Shown here piece by piece: positions 11,340 to 24,931 of a stretch of 64,000 nucleotides of DNA (position 1 is the first letter of the stretch; every line of letters starts with the position of its first letter). The stretch comes from Chrysemys picta bellii (taxonomy: Eukaryota). The translations under genes were made by a program, and so were the position numbers. The stretch covers positions 23,250,001 to 23,314,000 of the forward strand of contig NC_088807.1 of assembly GCF_011386835.1 (NCBI RefSeq), written 5' to 3'. The notes under the pieces are model-generated. The model made no database searches. It had not been told where the DNA came from and saw nothing but the letters and a program-made list of their open reading frames with translations.

Positions 11340-12313
11340 GTGAGTCCGGGAGAGACCGGGACCCCCCCCCCTTCCGGGATCCCCCTCCCGCACCGCCGGG
11401 CTCTGCCCCCCCCCCGGGGTCTCCCTCCTCCACCACTGGCCTCTGCGCCCCAATACCCCTCCCCCACTGCTGGCATCTACCCCAGCCCCTCTCCCAACCT
11501 CCGGGATGTTCCTCCCTTCCCGGCTGGCCCCTACCCCCACTGCTGGGATCTCCTGCCCCTCCCCCCCCCGAAGCTCCAGCCTTCCTCCCCCCTCCCGGAA
11601 TGTGTCCCCCCAGAGAACCCCTCCCCCCCACTGCCAGCATCTGCCTCCCTTCCCGGGTGGCCCCTCCCGTGACCACTGGGATCTGCCCCCTCCGGAGCCC
11701 CCATCCCCTCCTCTCTAGGGATCCCCTGGATTCTCCCTCGGCCCCCCCTGCAAATCCCCCCGGAATCTGCTCCCCAGCCCCTCCTCCTCTGCTCCCCTCC
11801 CCCCCCATCCTCCATGGGAATCCCCCGGCCCACTCCAAAGACCTGCCCCTCCCCCCTGAGATCTTTCCCCTCCCTCACTCCATGGGGATTTCCCCCCATC
11901 TCCTCCACGGGGACCCCATGTCCCCAGGCAGTCCCTCCCTTTTGGAGAAGGATCCTCTGACACATCCTCCCCTGGGCATCACCCCCTGTAACATCCCCGT
12001 CCAGCACAGGGACCCCCTTCACTTCCTGCCCCCCAGTATCACAGAGGATGGGGTGAGCCCCACATATTCCAGGAGCCCCCAGCTCACAGTAACACCCTGT
12101 TCTGCCCCCCCAACATCACTGGGACCCCCTGCCCCCCAACATCACAGCAGATGGGAGTGAACCCCATATAAGGATCCCCCAAGAATGAGACCCCCTGTAC
12201 CCACCCCACATACAACCGACCCCCACATTTCTCCCCAGCATGCCAACTGCCCCTCCCCCGCTAACCACCCACCTTTCCCCTCCTCCGTTCTCTGCAGGCA
12301 AACTCCAGAAACC

Positions 12314-15300
12314 ATGCAGCTCTCCTGGGTTTTGGCCACCGCCCTGTTTGCCGCCGTGGCGTCTGTGCCCATCGACCGACCCAAGGCGGAGAAGAAGGCG
12401 GAAGAGACGCCCCCAGAACCGCCGGTAAGAGTCCGGGTCTCTGCCCCTTTTTGGACCGGATGGCGCCCCATCACCTTGTAGCAGGGAGTTCCGCCGGCAA
12501 GGCCGAGTCAATCCCAAGCCCCATGTTTAGTCCCTGGCCACTTTGTTGGCCCTGTGATGCCCGGTTTCGGTCTCAGACCCCCTCTCCCCTTTTTTCTTTT
12601 GTTTGGACCCAACAATGCGCGGTTGTCTTGTAGCAGGGAGTTCCGCTGGCTTATCACCAAGTTGCTTCTGTGTGTCTGGGGTACCTGTCTTGCCTCTGTG
12701 ACCTTCGTGTCTGAGCCCCACAGGATCTTTAATCCTCAGCCCTCCTCCTGTGAGCTAGGGCGGTGCTATTCCTCCATGTTATAGACGAGGGGAAACTGAG
12801 GCACGGGTCACTGTCCAAGCCTCTTCTCTCCCCCTCCCCCCCGCCCCCGAGCCTGGCCTTCTTTTTATAAAACCTCTAAGGCATTGGTGTTTAGCTGCTA
12901 GGGGGTGTCACGGACTCACAGGTCGTGCCCACTCTTGGCCCCGTACGGTCCGTGGAGGGAACCCTTCAGTACGACACCCCCCACTTCGTCACAGGGGGTC
13001 ACGGCAAGACCTAAATGTGTGGGGCAGATCTCCTGCTCCCTGGTTCCCACCCCTTCCTTTGATAGAGGGCTGCTTTCCGATGCAATCTCTCACGGTTTGT
13101 CCCTGATTCTCTCGGGGAATAACCAGAGACTGGCTGGGTGGTGGGTGCCAGGGACCCTGGCTAATAACGGTTCGGCTAAAAACAACAGATTCGCAAGGGT
13201 GAAGGGAAAAATCTAGCTTGTGGATGCTGGGAAGACAGACATCGAAGGGTTTCCTGGTATGGGTGTTACAGCAGGAAAGCTGAGAGCCCCCCACTTAGGG
13301 GGCTGCGTGTTTGAATTTAACAAGACAACTAAACTCGGCTGCAATAGGATTGAAGTCAGACAATAAATCGATACTTCATCCGGCCGGCGCGCAGAGGAAG
13401 TGCACGTGACGCGTGGTGGCCCCCAAATTCAGCTCGGTTCTAACCCACTCCCCAAAATGAACGCCGCGGACGCTGGCCAGGGAGGAAGAAACCCCTTGGA
13501 CGTCTCTGGCTCGCAGCTTCGTTTGAAAATGATCAACTGACCTAATCAATAAACCAAGGACATCTGGGGCTGATTGGTGGCTGCTGAGATCAGCTGTTGC
13601 CGTAGTTGGCCTTTAAGGACTTAGACGTGAATGAAAACATCAATCCGCTGTTACGTGGATTAAACCGAGGCTTGGCCGATTTGAGTGTGATGGATCATTT
13701 CAGCAGCGAAGCTCCGTGTTTATTTTTACGCCGATTTTCGGTGTTTCTCGACGTCAGTTTTCACGGGGGCGTGAAATTCGGAAATTGGAAAGCTTTCGTG
13801 GCGCTAAAACGCACGTGATCAACGTCGTGTGGCAAACTAGCCCACGGAAATAGCCTTCAATCAAAGCGTAATAGGCTTCCCAGCAGCGTTTTCTCCCTCT
13901 TTGCCTCCCTGGGAGGTTCGATTTGCCTCCACGGTGCTGGTTTTTTCCGTGTGTCCGGGGAAATCGACGCTTACGATCTAAAATCGGTCCCTGTCACCGC
14001 GCCTCCTTACCGAACACACCTGAATGTTCCCTGCTTGTCTTGTCAATTATCGATCTGATCGTTAAGGGAATCATTAAGAAAGGGATAGATAACAAGACAG
14101 AAAAGGGGGGGAGGGATAGCTCAGTGGTTTGAGCATTGGCCTGCTAAACCCAGGGTTGTGAGTTCAATCCTTGAGGGGGCCATTTAGGGAACTGGAGCAA
14201 AAAAATGTGGTCCTGCTAGTGAAGGCAGGGGGCTGGACTCGATGCCCTTTCGAGGTCCCTTCCAGTTCTATGAGAGAGGTATTTTAAAATATCATATTGC
14301 CTCTATATAAACCCATGGGACGCCCACACCTTGAATACTGCGTGCAGATGTGGTCGCCCCATCTCAAAAAAGATTATATTGGGATTGGAAAAGGTTCAGA
14401 AAAGGGCAACAAAAATGATTAGGGGTCTGGAACGGCTTCCATAGGAGAGATTAATAAGAATGGGACTTTTCAGCTTGGAGAAGAGACGCCTAAGGGGGGA
14501 TATGATGGAGGTCTATAAAATCATGCCTGGTGTGGAGAAAGTGAATCAGGAAGTGTTGTTTACTCCTAATACAAGAACTAGGGGTCACCCAATGACATGA
14601 ACAGGCAGCAGGTTTGACACAAACAAAGGGAAGTATTTCTTCACACAACCCACCGTCAACCTGTGGAGCTAGGTGCCGGGGGACGTTGTGAAGGCCAATC
14701 GTATAACTCTGTCCAAACAAGAATGAGAGACGTTCACAGAGGATAACTCTACCCGTTCCTGTTAGCCAAGCTGGTCAGAGAGGCAACCCCATGCTCTGAG
14801 GGTCCCTAAACATCTGACTGCCAGCAGCTGGGAGTGGACGGGATGGATCACTGGATACTAGTCCCAAGCCCCCTTGCTTCCCAGCTGGGCATCTGAGATC
14901 ACCTCCCCCAGGCCCACCTCTGTCCATTGTCTTCTCTCCAGGGAAACCAGGTTACGGGGCCTTCTCTCCCCTCTTCTGTCTTCTGGCCGGAACCGGCTGG
15001 TCCGGTCACTGGGTCCTCTCTTCGCAGCCCATTGTCCTCCCACTGGCCAGAACCGGCTGCAACTCCTGAGCTGGGTCACCGGGTCACCGGTCGCTGGGGT
15101 ATCCATCCTCCAGGCCATTGGCTGGGGTCCCACGTTCCCTCTCTGGTCCTCTGTAACCACAAACTCCCTCTCCCCTCCCCTCGTTAAACCAGTAACACCC
15201 AGGGACACTGAGTCCCACCCCGTCGGCATGCAAACCATCGGAAAACAAGACAATCCCCCACTTCGTCACAGGCCCGTTGGTCTGATCTAGTAGGGCCGTT

Positions 15301-18300
15301 CTTATGATTAATTCCTTGTTTCATCAATTCCATCAGTTACAGACAAGATCTGTGTCTTCTGCCTTAAAGGCTTGGTCAGCAGTTAGAGGAATTCCTGATA
15401 AGTTGGAAGCGTCTCTCGTTAGTTTATTAATTACAGACAACACCTGCCTCTCAGCCATGAGAAGTCGTCTCTCTCTGGGCTAAATCAATGGAGCCAGAGG
15501 GAGAGGATACACGATCCATGAATAACACGCTACGGTCCGGTTAAAATTTGATGGCGGCTCCCACACAGTTCAGGGGGCCTGAGATGAGACCAAAGACTCC
15601 CCGGCCCCCCGCGGGATTCCAGGAACAGCATTAACCCTTTCGCACCTGCTGGTGAGCACTGCAGCATACAAGGGAAACTGAGGCAGGCTGCGGCCTGCTG
15701 AAAAAGATAGCGGAAAATTCCCCGCTGGCTCACGCGGGCGGCACCCCCCTGGATCGGGCCCCGTGGGCACGGTCATGTTTTGGCTGGTGGGTTCTGGGAA
15801 GGCGGATCTTGAAGACTCTCCTCTTGGGAGGATTACGGTACCGCCGAGTGCCCCCCACAGCTCAGCTAGGCAAAGGGAGGATCATATACAGATGGGGAAA
15901 CTGAGGCCTAGCCCCCCCGCCTCCAACCACTAGACCCCACTTCCCTTCCAGAGCCAGGGAGAGAACCCAGGAGTCCTGGCTCCCAGCCCCCCCCTGCTCT
16001 AACCACTAGACCCCACTCCCCTTCCAGAGCCGGGGATAGAACCCAGGAGTCCTGGCTCCCAACTACGAGCCCCTCGTGGCGCAAGTAAGGCGTCACCTGA
16101 AGCAGGATGGGCGACCGTGTTCTGTGTGGTCGCTGTACGTCCCCGGCAGGTTCTGTGTGTCCTGGAGGAAATGGGGGGCAGATCCGGCCGGGGGGTCCCC
16201 CCTGCCCGGGAGGGGCCCGTGGTCTGACCTCTCACTGTCCCTCGGCAGGACACGGGGCTGTATTACCATCGCTACCTGCAGGAGGTGATCAACGTGCTGG
16301 AGACGGACAGTCACTTCCGGGAGAAGCTGCAGGCGGCCAATGCCGAAGACATCAAGGTGAGAGAGACGGGACGTGGGGCCTTTCCCCTCTGGGGGGCGCC
16401 CTATCTGGCCCCAGGGTGGGCTGGCTGGGGACGGGGCGTGTCTTTTCCTGCCCCAGGGTGGGCTGGCTGTGGGGTGGGGCATGGGGAAGGGGGCGTGTCT
16501 TTTCCTGCCCCAGGGTGGGCTGGCTGTGGGGCGGGGCATGGGGAAGGGGGCGTGTCTTTTCCTGTGCCCGGGTGGGCTGGCTGGGGGGCGGGGCATGGGG
16601 AAGAGGGCGTGTCTTTACAGCAGTTCCTCCCCCTTGTCCGTGGCAGAGCGGGAAGTTGAGCAAGGAGCTGGACTTCGTGAGCCATCACGTCCGCACCAAG
16701 TTGGACGAGCTGAAGCGCCAGGAGGTCTCCCGGCTCCGCATGCTGCTCAAGGCCAAGATGGACGCCACCATGGAGCAGAGTGAGTGGGGAGCCCGGACGC
16801 CTGGGGTCCTTCCCCAGCGCTGGGAGGGGATGGGGGTCAAGTGTGTGTGTGTGGGGGGGCTGGGAGAACTCGGGTACTTTTCCCAGCTGTGTTAGTGGTA
16901 CCTGGTGAACTTTCACTTTTCCCTCTCTGCCTCAGTTTCCCCACCTAAGCAAGGGAGGATGGGGGGCTGGAATCCCCCAGAGGGGGAATGGCCCCATTCC
17001 CTGCTCCCCTGAGCCACCCAGTCCCTGCCCTGGGGCCGGATGGGAGCCGGCGCCCCCTAGAGGGGACAGGCCCCGCGCCCCATTCCCCACCCCCTGAGCC
17101 AGCCAGTCCCTGCCCTGGGGCCGGATGGGAGCCAGTGCCCCCTAGAGGGGACAGGCCCCGCGCCCCATTCCCCACCCCCTGAGCCAGCCAGTCCCTGCCC
17201 TGTGTCTCCCCCAGACGTGCAGATCGATCACCTGGGGTTGCTGAAGCAGTTCGAGCACCTGGACCCCCAGAACCAGCACACCTTTGAGGCCCGCGACCTG
17301 GAGCTCCTCATACAGGCGGTGAGTGGGGGGGGGGGGGGGAAGGTTCGGAAGGAACCAATTCTTCGGGGGGGGGAATGGGGCAGACAGGGAGGAGGCAGCA
17401 AGGGGGTTTGTGGGGGGGGTTCATCCCATCCTCGTCCCAGATACAGTGATGGGAACCCCCCCCTTGTGCGCGGAAACCCCCTCGTGTTAACCCTTCCACC
17501 CCCTCGTGGGGGTTCCCTTGGGTCCATTCGCCCAGCATGGGGTGGGGGGTAGAGGGTGGGAGAGCAGGGGAGGCTGGGAGCCAGGACTCCTGGGTTCTCT
17601 CCCCGGCTCTGGGAGGGGAGTGGGGTCTTGTGGTTAGAGCAGGGGGAGGGGAGGGGAATGGGGGCCAGGACTCCTGGGTTCTCTCCCTGGCTCTGGGAGG
17701 GGAGTGAGGTCTAGTGGTTAGAGCAGGGGGCCGGGGGTCAGGACTCCTGAGTTCCGTGCTGACGGCCGCCCCTCCTGCAGGCCACCAAGGACCTGGAGAA
17801 CTACGACGCGGCCCATCACGAGGAGTTCAAACGATACGAGATGCTGAAGGAGCACGAACGGCGCGAATACCTCAAGTCCCTGGACGAGGAGAAGCGGCGG
17901 GCGGAGGAGGCCCGGTTCCAGGAGCTGCGCCAGAAGCACAAGGAGCACCCCAAAATCAATGTCCCGGTAACGACCTTTCCCCCTCCGTGGGGGGCTGGGT
18001 TCCCCCCCAGTTGGGCAGGGGGAGGGGGCAGAGCAGGACATGGGAGTTACCTGGGGAACTGCTTGCTACAGGGTGTGTGTATGGGGGGACGGGACGCATT
18101 TGCCTGCAGGACCTGTTTGTGGAGGGGTCACAGGTCAGTGTTAATGTGTAGAACTCCCTGCTTGGAGGTTGGGGGGGTTACCCCAGAGATCCCACCGCTG
18201 TGGGGCATGGGAGGTTAGGGGGGGTTGCCTGCCTCTGTCCAGCTACGAGCCACTAGAGGGCGCCATGGAGCCAACAGCCAGGCTTGCGCTGAATTCACCT

Positions 18301-21300
18301 GCGGAACTCCATGCTGCAGGGGGCGGAGGTGGTCTCCGGTCGTGGGCTTGGGCAAGGGGAGGGGATTAGCGCACCCCACCCCCCACTCTGGGAAAATGTG
18401 GCGTAATTGCAGGGGGAAGTCAAGTAGGGCAGAACCTGAATGATGATTGGCAAGCGCGGGGCTTGGAGACAGGAGACCTGGGTTTTATCCCCTCCTCCCC
18501 TTGATTCTGCCCCCTACAGGGCAGCCGAGATCAGCTCAAGGAAGTCTGGGAGGAGACAGACGGGCTGGACCCCAGCGAGTTCAATCCCAAAACCTTCTTC
18601 AAACTGCACGGTGAGGGGCCTATCTCCCGCTCCCCCCGCCCCGTGACACTCCCCACCCTTGCCCCAGACAGTCCAGAGTCCTCTGCCCAGCTCCCCGCTC
18701 CATACGGGGCCAGTGCCCCCTGCTGAGGTCACTCCAGCGGGAGTCAGGCACATCCCGTCCTCTGTTCAGGGGATTTAGGGGCTGGGGGAGGGGGGCAGGC
18801 TTGGTAACACACTAGATCCCTTGGGGTGGGATGGGGGGGCTGTAGGAGGGAGCCCCCCCAAGCCACCTCTCCCCCCCCCCCCCCCCCCCAGCATTTTCAC
18901 ACAGACCTGACCATCCTACCCCATAGTGGGTGGAGAGAAATTGACAAACACACCCAACCCCCCCACCCCCCTGCAGCCCTTGGGCCCCCCTGCGGGGCGG
19001 GTGGGGTTTGACACGGGGACATCTGGCTCCTGGGAACTAGGAAACTTATCACCCGTCGGGGGCCACTGGGGGAGAGCGAGGTGGGACTGGCGCCCCTAGA
19101 GGGGAAAGGCCCCATTCCCTGCCCCTGAGCCAGCCAGTCCCCGCCCTGGGGCCGGATGGGAGCCGGCGCCCCCTAGCGGGGAGATTCCCCTGCCCCGGCT
19201 GCGCTCACCCCCCCCCCGTCTGTTGCAGACACAAACAGCGACGGGGTTCTCGACGAACAAGAGTTGGAAGCACTTTTCACCAAGGAGGTGAGCTCCCCTG
19301 GGTGTGTTGGGGGGCCAGGCGGGGGGTGAAGGCCTGTGCAGGAGGGTCCTGGACTCCAGGGCTCCCTATTATCCTTCCTCCTGAACCCCAAGGGAGTGGG
19401 GGAAGCCACCCCATGGCTGTGCTGGGGTGGCGGGGGGGTGGGCAGGAGGGGTAGTCAGACAGCAGGGGGTGGCAAACAGAGGGGGAGTGTGTGTGTGTCG
19501 GGGGAGAGTCGGGAAGGGAGCTGGGATGAGGAGGGTGAAGATGGGGGGGGGGCTGGCGGCAGAGGACAGGGAGGTGCTGAGGGGCAGATCTTCTGTGGGT
19601 CTGTATATTTGCGGGGAGGGGAGCTAAGCTGTGGGGATAGCAGTGGGACAGTGTTGAGGAATGGAGCGGGGCTGACCTATGGGGGCAGGCTGGGTGAGAC
19701 AGACTGTTGGAGGCAGCGGTGGGATGGGATCGGCGGGGCTGAGAGGTGAGGAGGATGGAATAGGCGGGGCCCTTGTGGGCAGCGATGGATGGGCGGGGCT
19801 GAGCCGTGTGGGTGGGCAGGGGCGGGGCTAAGCAGCTGGGGAGGCGTTGATCAGGTGTCTCCCCCCAGCTGGAGAAGGTCTACGACCCCCGGAACGAGGA
19901 GGACGACATGCTGGAGATGGAGGAGGAGCGGCTGCGTATGCGGGAGCACGTCATGAAGAACGTGAGTGACACACACACTCCCAGTGGGGGGGAGGGGGTG
20001 TCCTGGCCCTCAGTCTATTCTAGGGGGTCCTGGATTCCTGGCGCTGGCAGATCGGTGGGTCGCGGCATCTTCATTAGTGTTGGGTCCTGTGTGTCCATTT
20101 TCGGTGCAGCTCGGTCCCTGGAAATCCAGAAAGAGCCGTCTCCGGGTACCCGGCACGTTACCCGTCTCTGGGATGTTTCTCAATCAAGCTGTCGGTTCAG
20201 CGCGGCTCGTTTTCCAGCGAGCGATCCGCGTTGTCCGTAGTTCCCGGAATGCTTTCGTCCGTGGTCGGCTGCACTGTGTCCCGGGGGGTTCCTGGTTTTG
20301 GGGGGTCCCCGTTCCAGCCTGCGGCTCCAGTACCTGTTCTGGTCTCCCATGGGGCAGGGAGAAAAATCAACCCCCCCATCCTTTCCCCCCCTCCCCCCAA
20401 CACACACCCCACAGGGCCACAATGCCAGGGAGATGGGCACAGAGTTAGACAGAAAATTCCCATGTTGGGGCCCAGGATGGGGGACAAGAAGAGGGGTGGC
20501 TGGGGGGGCAGAGGGAGGGGTAGCGAGTGCTGGGGGGCCCAGACCCGATCTCACTCCTTTATCTCCATTCCCCAAGGTGGACTTGAACCAGGACCGGCTG
20601 GTGACGCTGGAGGAATTCCTGAAGTCCACCGAGAAGAAGGAGTTTAACGAGGCCGGAGGCTGGGAGGTGGGTGTCGGGGGGCGGCTGGGAGGTTGGGATT
20701 TGGGGGGCTGTGTCTCTTGGGGTTGTTGGGCTCTCTTGGGGAGGCTGGGTTGGGGAGGCTGTATTGCCTAACGAGGGTGGTGGTGGAGGGGATGGGGGCT
20801 GAGTGTGGGGAGGTGAGGGGTCATTCCCGGCTCTCACCTCCCTCCCACCCCAGACGGTGGACGAGACCCAGGTGTACTCGGAGGCGGAGCTGCAGCGGTT
20901 CGAGGCGGAGCTAGCGGCCCAGGAGGCGGAGCTTGGCCGGCGGGCGGAGCAACTGAAGCGCCAGCACCAGGATCTGCAGGAGCAGCAGGTCCGGCTGGAC
21001 GCCCAGAAGAAGGAGTATCAGCAGGTGGGGGCGCTGCGGGGTTCCCCCCCCGAGAGAGCCCCCCTTTCCCCACCCCCTCCCTTGCTCCATCCACCGAGGG
21101 GTTGGGGAGGGAGAGCGGCTGTGGGTCCCACCCTGCTCCTCCTCCCGTGGGCGGTCTGCCCCTTTCCTGCCTAAGGTGGGGATCCCCCCCCCCGGGAAGT
21201 GACACTGTAGGGGGCAGGCCTGTGCCCCTTGAAGTTGGGGGATGGGGGCTGCCCCCCTTCCATGTGTCTGGCCCCCCCGGGGAGTCGGGAATTTTGGGGT

Positions 21301-22188
21301 GGGGGATCAGCTGCCCCCCTCTCCCCCGCCCCACTGCTGTCACGGGGGGGGGGATCGGCACGGGGGGGGGAATCTAGTCGCAGTAGCAGAGTTGTTTCTT
21401 TCCCTGCCCCCCATGTATCTGTCCCCGGGGGGGGGGGGGGTTCGGAGCAGGAGGGGGGCAGACACCAGCAATTCCCATCCCAGTGGGGGAGGGGTAAAGG
21501 CTGCCCTGCCTCCCCCATCAGCAGGGGCCAATGGGGGAGCAGGCCCAGGATTAACCCTTTCCTTCCCCCCCGCCCCCAGGCTGTGCTGCACATGGAGCAG
21601 AGGAAAACCCAGCAGGGGGAGGCACCGGCGGAGGAGCTGAAATTCCAGGCCCAGCCCCCGCACGACGCCCCAGCGGGTAAGATGACGGTTCAGGACTCCT
21701 GGGTTCTCTCCGAGGCTCTGGGGATGGGAGTGGGGTCTAGTGGTTAGAGCGGGGGGGCTGGGAGCCAGGATTCCTGGGTTCTCCGCTCAGGGAGGGGAGT
21801 GGGGTCTAGTGGTTAGAGCAGGGAGGTGGGCTGGGAGCCAGGATTCCTGGGTTCTCCGCTCTGAGAGGGGAGTGGGGCCTAGTGGTTTAGAGCGGGGGGG
21901 GGCACTGGGAGCCAGGACTCCTGGGTTCTCTCCCCAGCTCTGGGAGGGGTGGTGGATTTAGGGGTTAGAGCCAGGGGAGGGGGAACTAGGAGCCAGGACT
22001 CCTGGGTTCTCCGCTCTGGGAGGGGAGTGAGGGTCTAGTTGCTTCGTGCCAACCCCCCTTCTCCTGTCTCCGTTCCAGATCCGGCCGTGCCGGCAGCCCC
22101 AGGCCATGCCCCTGAACAGAACCACGTGGAACCTCCCCAGAACCAGCAGCAGCAGACGCCGCCACAGCCCGAAGTCCAGATCCAGTGA
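12314..22188 (+). CDS. NUCB1: Nucleobindin-1 (Golgi EF-hand Ca2+-binding protein), 12 coding exons, 450 aa
   Basis: GT-AG exons 12314-12424, 16249-16356, 16647-16779, 17215-17318, 17781-17966, 18520-18610, 19229-19287, 19869-19961, 20577-20666, 20854-21024, 21580-21676, 22079-22188 sum to 1353 nt in frame. Signal peptide [21 protein letters not shown]; [20 protein letters not shown]; EF-hands [14 protein letters not shown] and [13 protein letters not shown]. Non-coding exon 1 ends at donor 11339; ATTAAA near 23163. Confidence 0.97.
12906..12985 (+). mobile_element. Short fragment of the same LTR family
   Basis: TGTCACGGACTCACAGGTCGTGCCCACTCTTGGCCCCGTACGGTCCGTGG matches about 50732-50775. Confidence 0.6.
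14105..14275 (+). mobile_element. tRNA-derived SINE (tortoise PolIII/SINE type) with CR1-like 3' tail
   Basis: A box GATAGCTCAGTGG and B box GAGTTCAATCC, followed by GAAGGCAGGGGGCTGGACTCGATG..GGTCCCTTCCAGTTCTATGA. Confidence 0.85.
14305..14855 (+). mobile_element. CR1 LINE 3' fragment
   Basis: CR1 ORF2 C-terminal remnant ([49 protein letters not shown]) plus 3' UTR. Confidence 0.88.
21690..22035. repeat. About 73-bp dispersed minisatellite (family A), example array
   Basis: GGGGCTGGGAGCCAGGACTCCTGGGTTCTCTCCCTGGCTCTGGGAGGGGAGTGGGGTCTAGTGGTTAGAGC; also at about 715, 8695, 15915, 17575, 27245, 27880, 28460, 30000, 33550, 33890, 34400-34880, 41100, 41440-41710, 47520, 48010. Confidence 0.9.
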
Positions 22189-23884
22189 AACCCTGTGTGA
22201 GCTGGACATGGGGGGGGGCTCGTATTGGCCCCGCCCCTCCCCCTCTTGGGCCCTGCCCCTCTTCCTTCCCCCCTGGCGCAGGGCTGGAGTCCTAATATAG
22301 CATCCAGGCCAGGGGCTGGGCTGTCTGCAGTCCCTTTTTTGGCCACTGGGGGGTGACATTGAGTCTTGTCTGTTTTCAGAGCAGGGGCATTGGTTGGAGC
22401 TGGGGGCTTCCTGCCCCATAGTGCTGCATTGTGTTTCCCAGCTTCCCCCACTTGCCCGTGGGGGGCGGTGAGGGGCTGCTGCAGTGCATGCTGGGTAGGC
22501 CCAGCTCAGTCTTTTCCCTTCCTCATCCCACACACTAGCAGGTATTCTGGAGGTGGAGTTGCAGTGCAGGATGGGTAACCCCCCTGCCCCCCCCCCCAAA
22601 TCCCCATCATAGAAAGCTGCCTTGCTATTGGGTAGTGCATTATGGGTAACCCAGCCCCCCATCATGGAAATAGATTGTGCTATTAGCACTGTGTCCTCCC
22701 TGCCCCACCCCACCCCACACACACATGCCAAAAAGCCTCCTGCTTTTAGGGGGTGGGTCCTGGGTACTCCCCACCAGAACCCATCTCCCCGTGTTCCTGG
22801 ATGGGGAGTTCGAAGGGGGAAGCACTTGAGGTTTGGCGAAGGGGTGTGTGTCTGTCTTGATTTGGGGTGGCAGGGAGCTCCCCCAAAAAAACTCTCTCAG
22901 CTCCCACGTCTTTCCATATTGCTCGTGGGCCCCACTGCCCCATCTTTGCTCCATCTCCCCACCCTGTGCTGCTCGAGGTGATGAAATAGATGAACCACCA
23001 TCGTCCTGAGCCCCTGGGTTTATAGCACAGGGGGACAGACACCCCCCCCCGCCTTAAAATCCTTCATCCCCTGGCCACCTTCCTGAGCTGTGAGTGGGGT
23101 TCACTTGACGACTCCCCCCTCCAAATTCTAGCTGCAGTCTTAACGCCAATAGAAACAGGTTCATTAAATGTGGGAGGGTGGAGCTTCACAGGGGGCGGAG
23201 CTTCCCCTGAGCTGGGCGGACCCAACCAGACCCGGGGCAGGGTGTGAGCAGACCCATGTTAGAAATTATGGGACGGGGCACCAGACTGTTCGAATCATGG
23301 GCATTTTGGGGGAGATGGGATGGGACCTAGACGTGGCAGGAGTTTGGGAGTGATCTGGTAGTGGGGGGAATAGACCCCATGACACCCCTAGCAGCGCTTC
23401 CCAGCTGCTGTGGAATGAAACTGACCAGGCCCCTGGTGTCTCCCCAACTCTCCCCTCCAACTCATACCAGCTTTAGGGGTGCTCTGCTGTCCCTCCAAAT
23501 CCGCAGTCTCTGCCCCGCAGCACGGGGAGCAGTTGTGTGTGTCTTTCTGCCTCACTGTTTTCCCCACATAAAGGGATAATTTAAGACACAAACTGGTCTC
23601 ATTTTTGGGCTGGCGTGGGGGGCTGCTTTTAGCCGGCACCGGGTCCGACTGAGACTGGGATCTTCTGTCCTGGGCTCCAAAGGATGTCAAAGAAGCTGAC
23701 AAAGTGACGGGGGAAAGGCCGGTCCCCAAGTGCAGTTTTTTAATTGGTTTGCTGATCGAAGGGAGGGGTTGGAGCCTGTGTGGGACTATTTTCTAAGTCC
23801 TGCCCTACAATTCCCACCTTGTTCCTTGCATTTTTATCCCACTGCCCCCTGCAAATCCCATGAGAGATTCTCCCATGCTATGAA

Positions 23885-24205
23885 AAAAAAATTTTTTTCA
23901 CACTATGCACACAGTCAACCAGTGGAACTCCTTGCCACAGGATGTTGTGAAGACCAAAACTGTAGCAGTGTTCAAAAAAGAACCAGATAAATTCATGGAA
24001 GACAGGCCCATCACTAGCCATTAACCAGGAGGAACAGGGATGGTGGCCCTGACCTCTGTTTGCCAGAGGCTGGGAATGGGCCACAGGGGACAGATCACTT
24101 GATAGTTACCTGTTCTGTTCACTCCCTCTGGGGCACCCAGCATTGGCCGCTGTCAGAGGACAGGGCACTGGGCTGGATGGACCTTTGGTCTGACCCGTTC
24201 TTATC
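23885..24205 (+). mobile_element. CR1 LINE 3' end fragment
   Basis: TTCACAC..GTGGAACTCCTTGCCACAGGATGTTGTGAAG..GGGCTGGATGGACCTTTGGTCTGACCC..GTTCTTA, a typical CR1 terminus. Confidence 0.85.
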
Positions 24206-24931
24206 AGTGAATATATTATGTTTATCAATGGAATTGAGATGCAATTTTTTACCCCTAGAAATAAAACCAATCTTGCTTAAAACAGCTCAGAAAATACTTT
24301 CTCTCCCTGTGAGCAGACCCATCCAATCACCTTCGCTTACATTTAAGTATTAAAAAGTTGAAGGGGGCTGGAGTTTTTTGCCCCCACCCCATGGGGCCCC
24401 AAAGTAATTTTACCCCCATTCCTGCTGGTATGGCAGTGGGACATCCCCCACCCCCTGCACCCCAATCCAGCTCCAGTACTCTGAGAGCGGGGGGGGGGGG
24501 GGGGGGTTCATGACCACAGAGTGGGGAGAGACTTCCTATTGCTAACAGGATTCTTGTATGGAGCAGGAGAGAGACCCTGAACTGGGCCCTGGCAGATGGT
24601 GGTGGGAGTGTTGCCTTCCTGGGCAGCTGGGACTGTGGGAAAGATTTGGGGGACTGTGGTGGAGAACCAGCCACACCTGAGCAGCGCTGGGATCAAAGGG
24701 CTAACAGGACCCTGGGATGCATCAACAAGGGAACCCCCTGGAGGAGCAGAGAGGTGGTTTAGCCTCTGGATCAGGCCCTGGGGGCAATGCGCCCAGTTCT
24801 GGGGCCTGCAGTTACCAGGGGAGGTAGGGGATTAAGCAGCACAAGGCAGATTTCGGTTGGAGTTTAGGGAAAAGTTTCGGGCTCTAAGGGGAGGTCAGCG
24901 GTGGCCCTGACTTCCTGGGCAGGTGGGAGAG

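Noticed and set aside
12475-12646. 20-bp direct repeat CTTGTAGCAGGGAGTTCCGC (12475 and 12627)
   Set aside because: Only two copies and no element structure between them; probably a small local duplication.
14105-14185. tRNA gene
   Set aside because: A and B boxes are present but continue into a CR1-derived tail, so it is a SINE head; no clean cloverleaf.
24195-24208. U2 snRNA-like GTTCTTATCAGT (Utopia target)
   Set aside because: Only about 12 nt, coincides with the CR1 GTTCTTA terminus, and is 13 kb from the Utopia-like relic.
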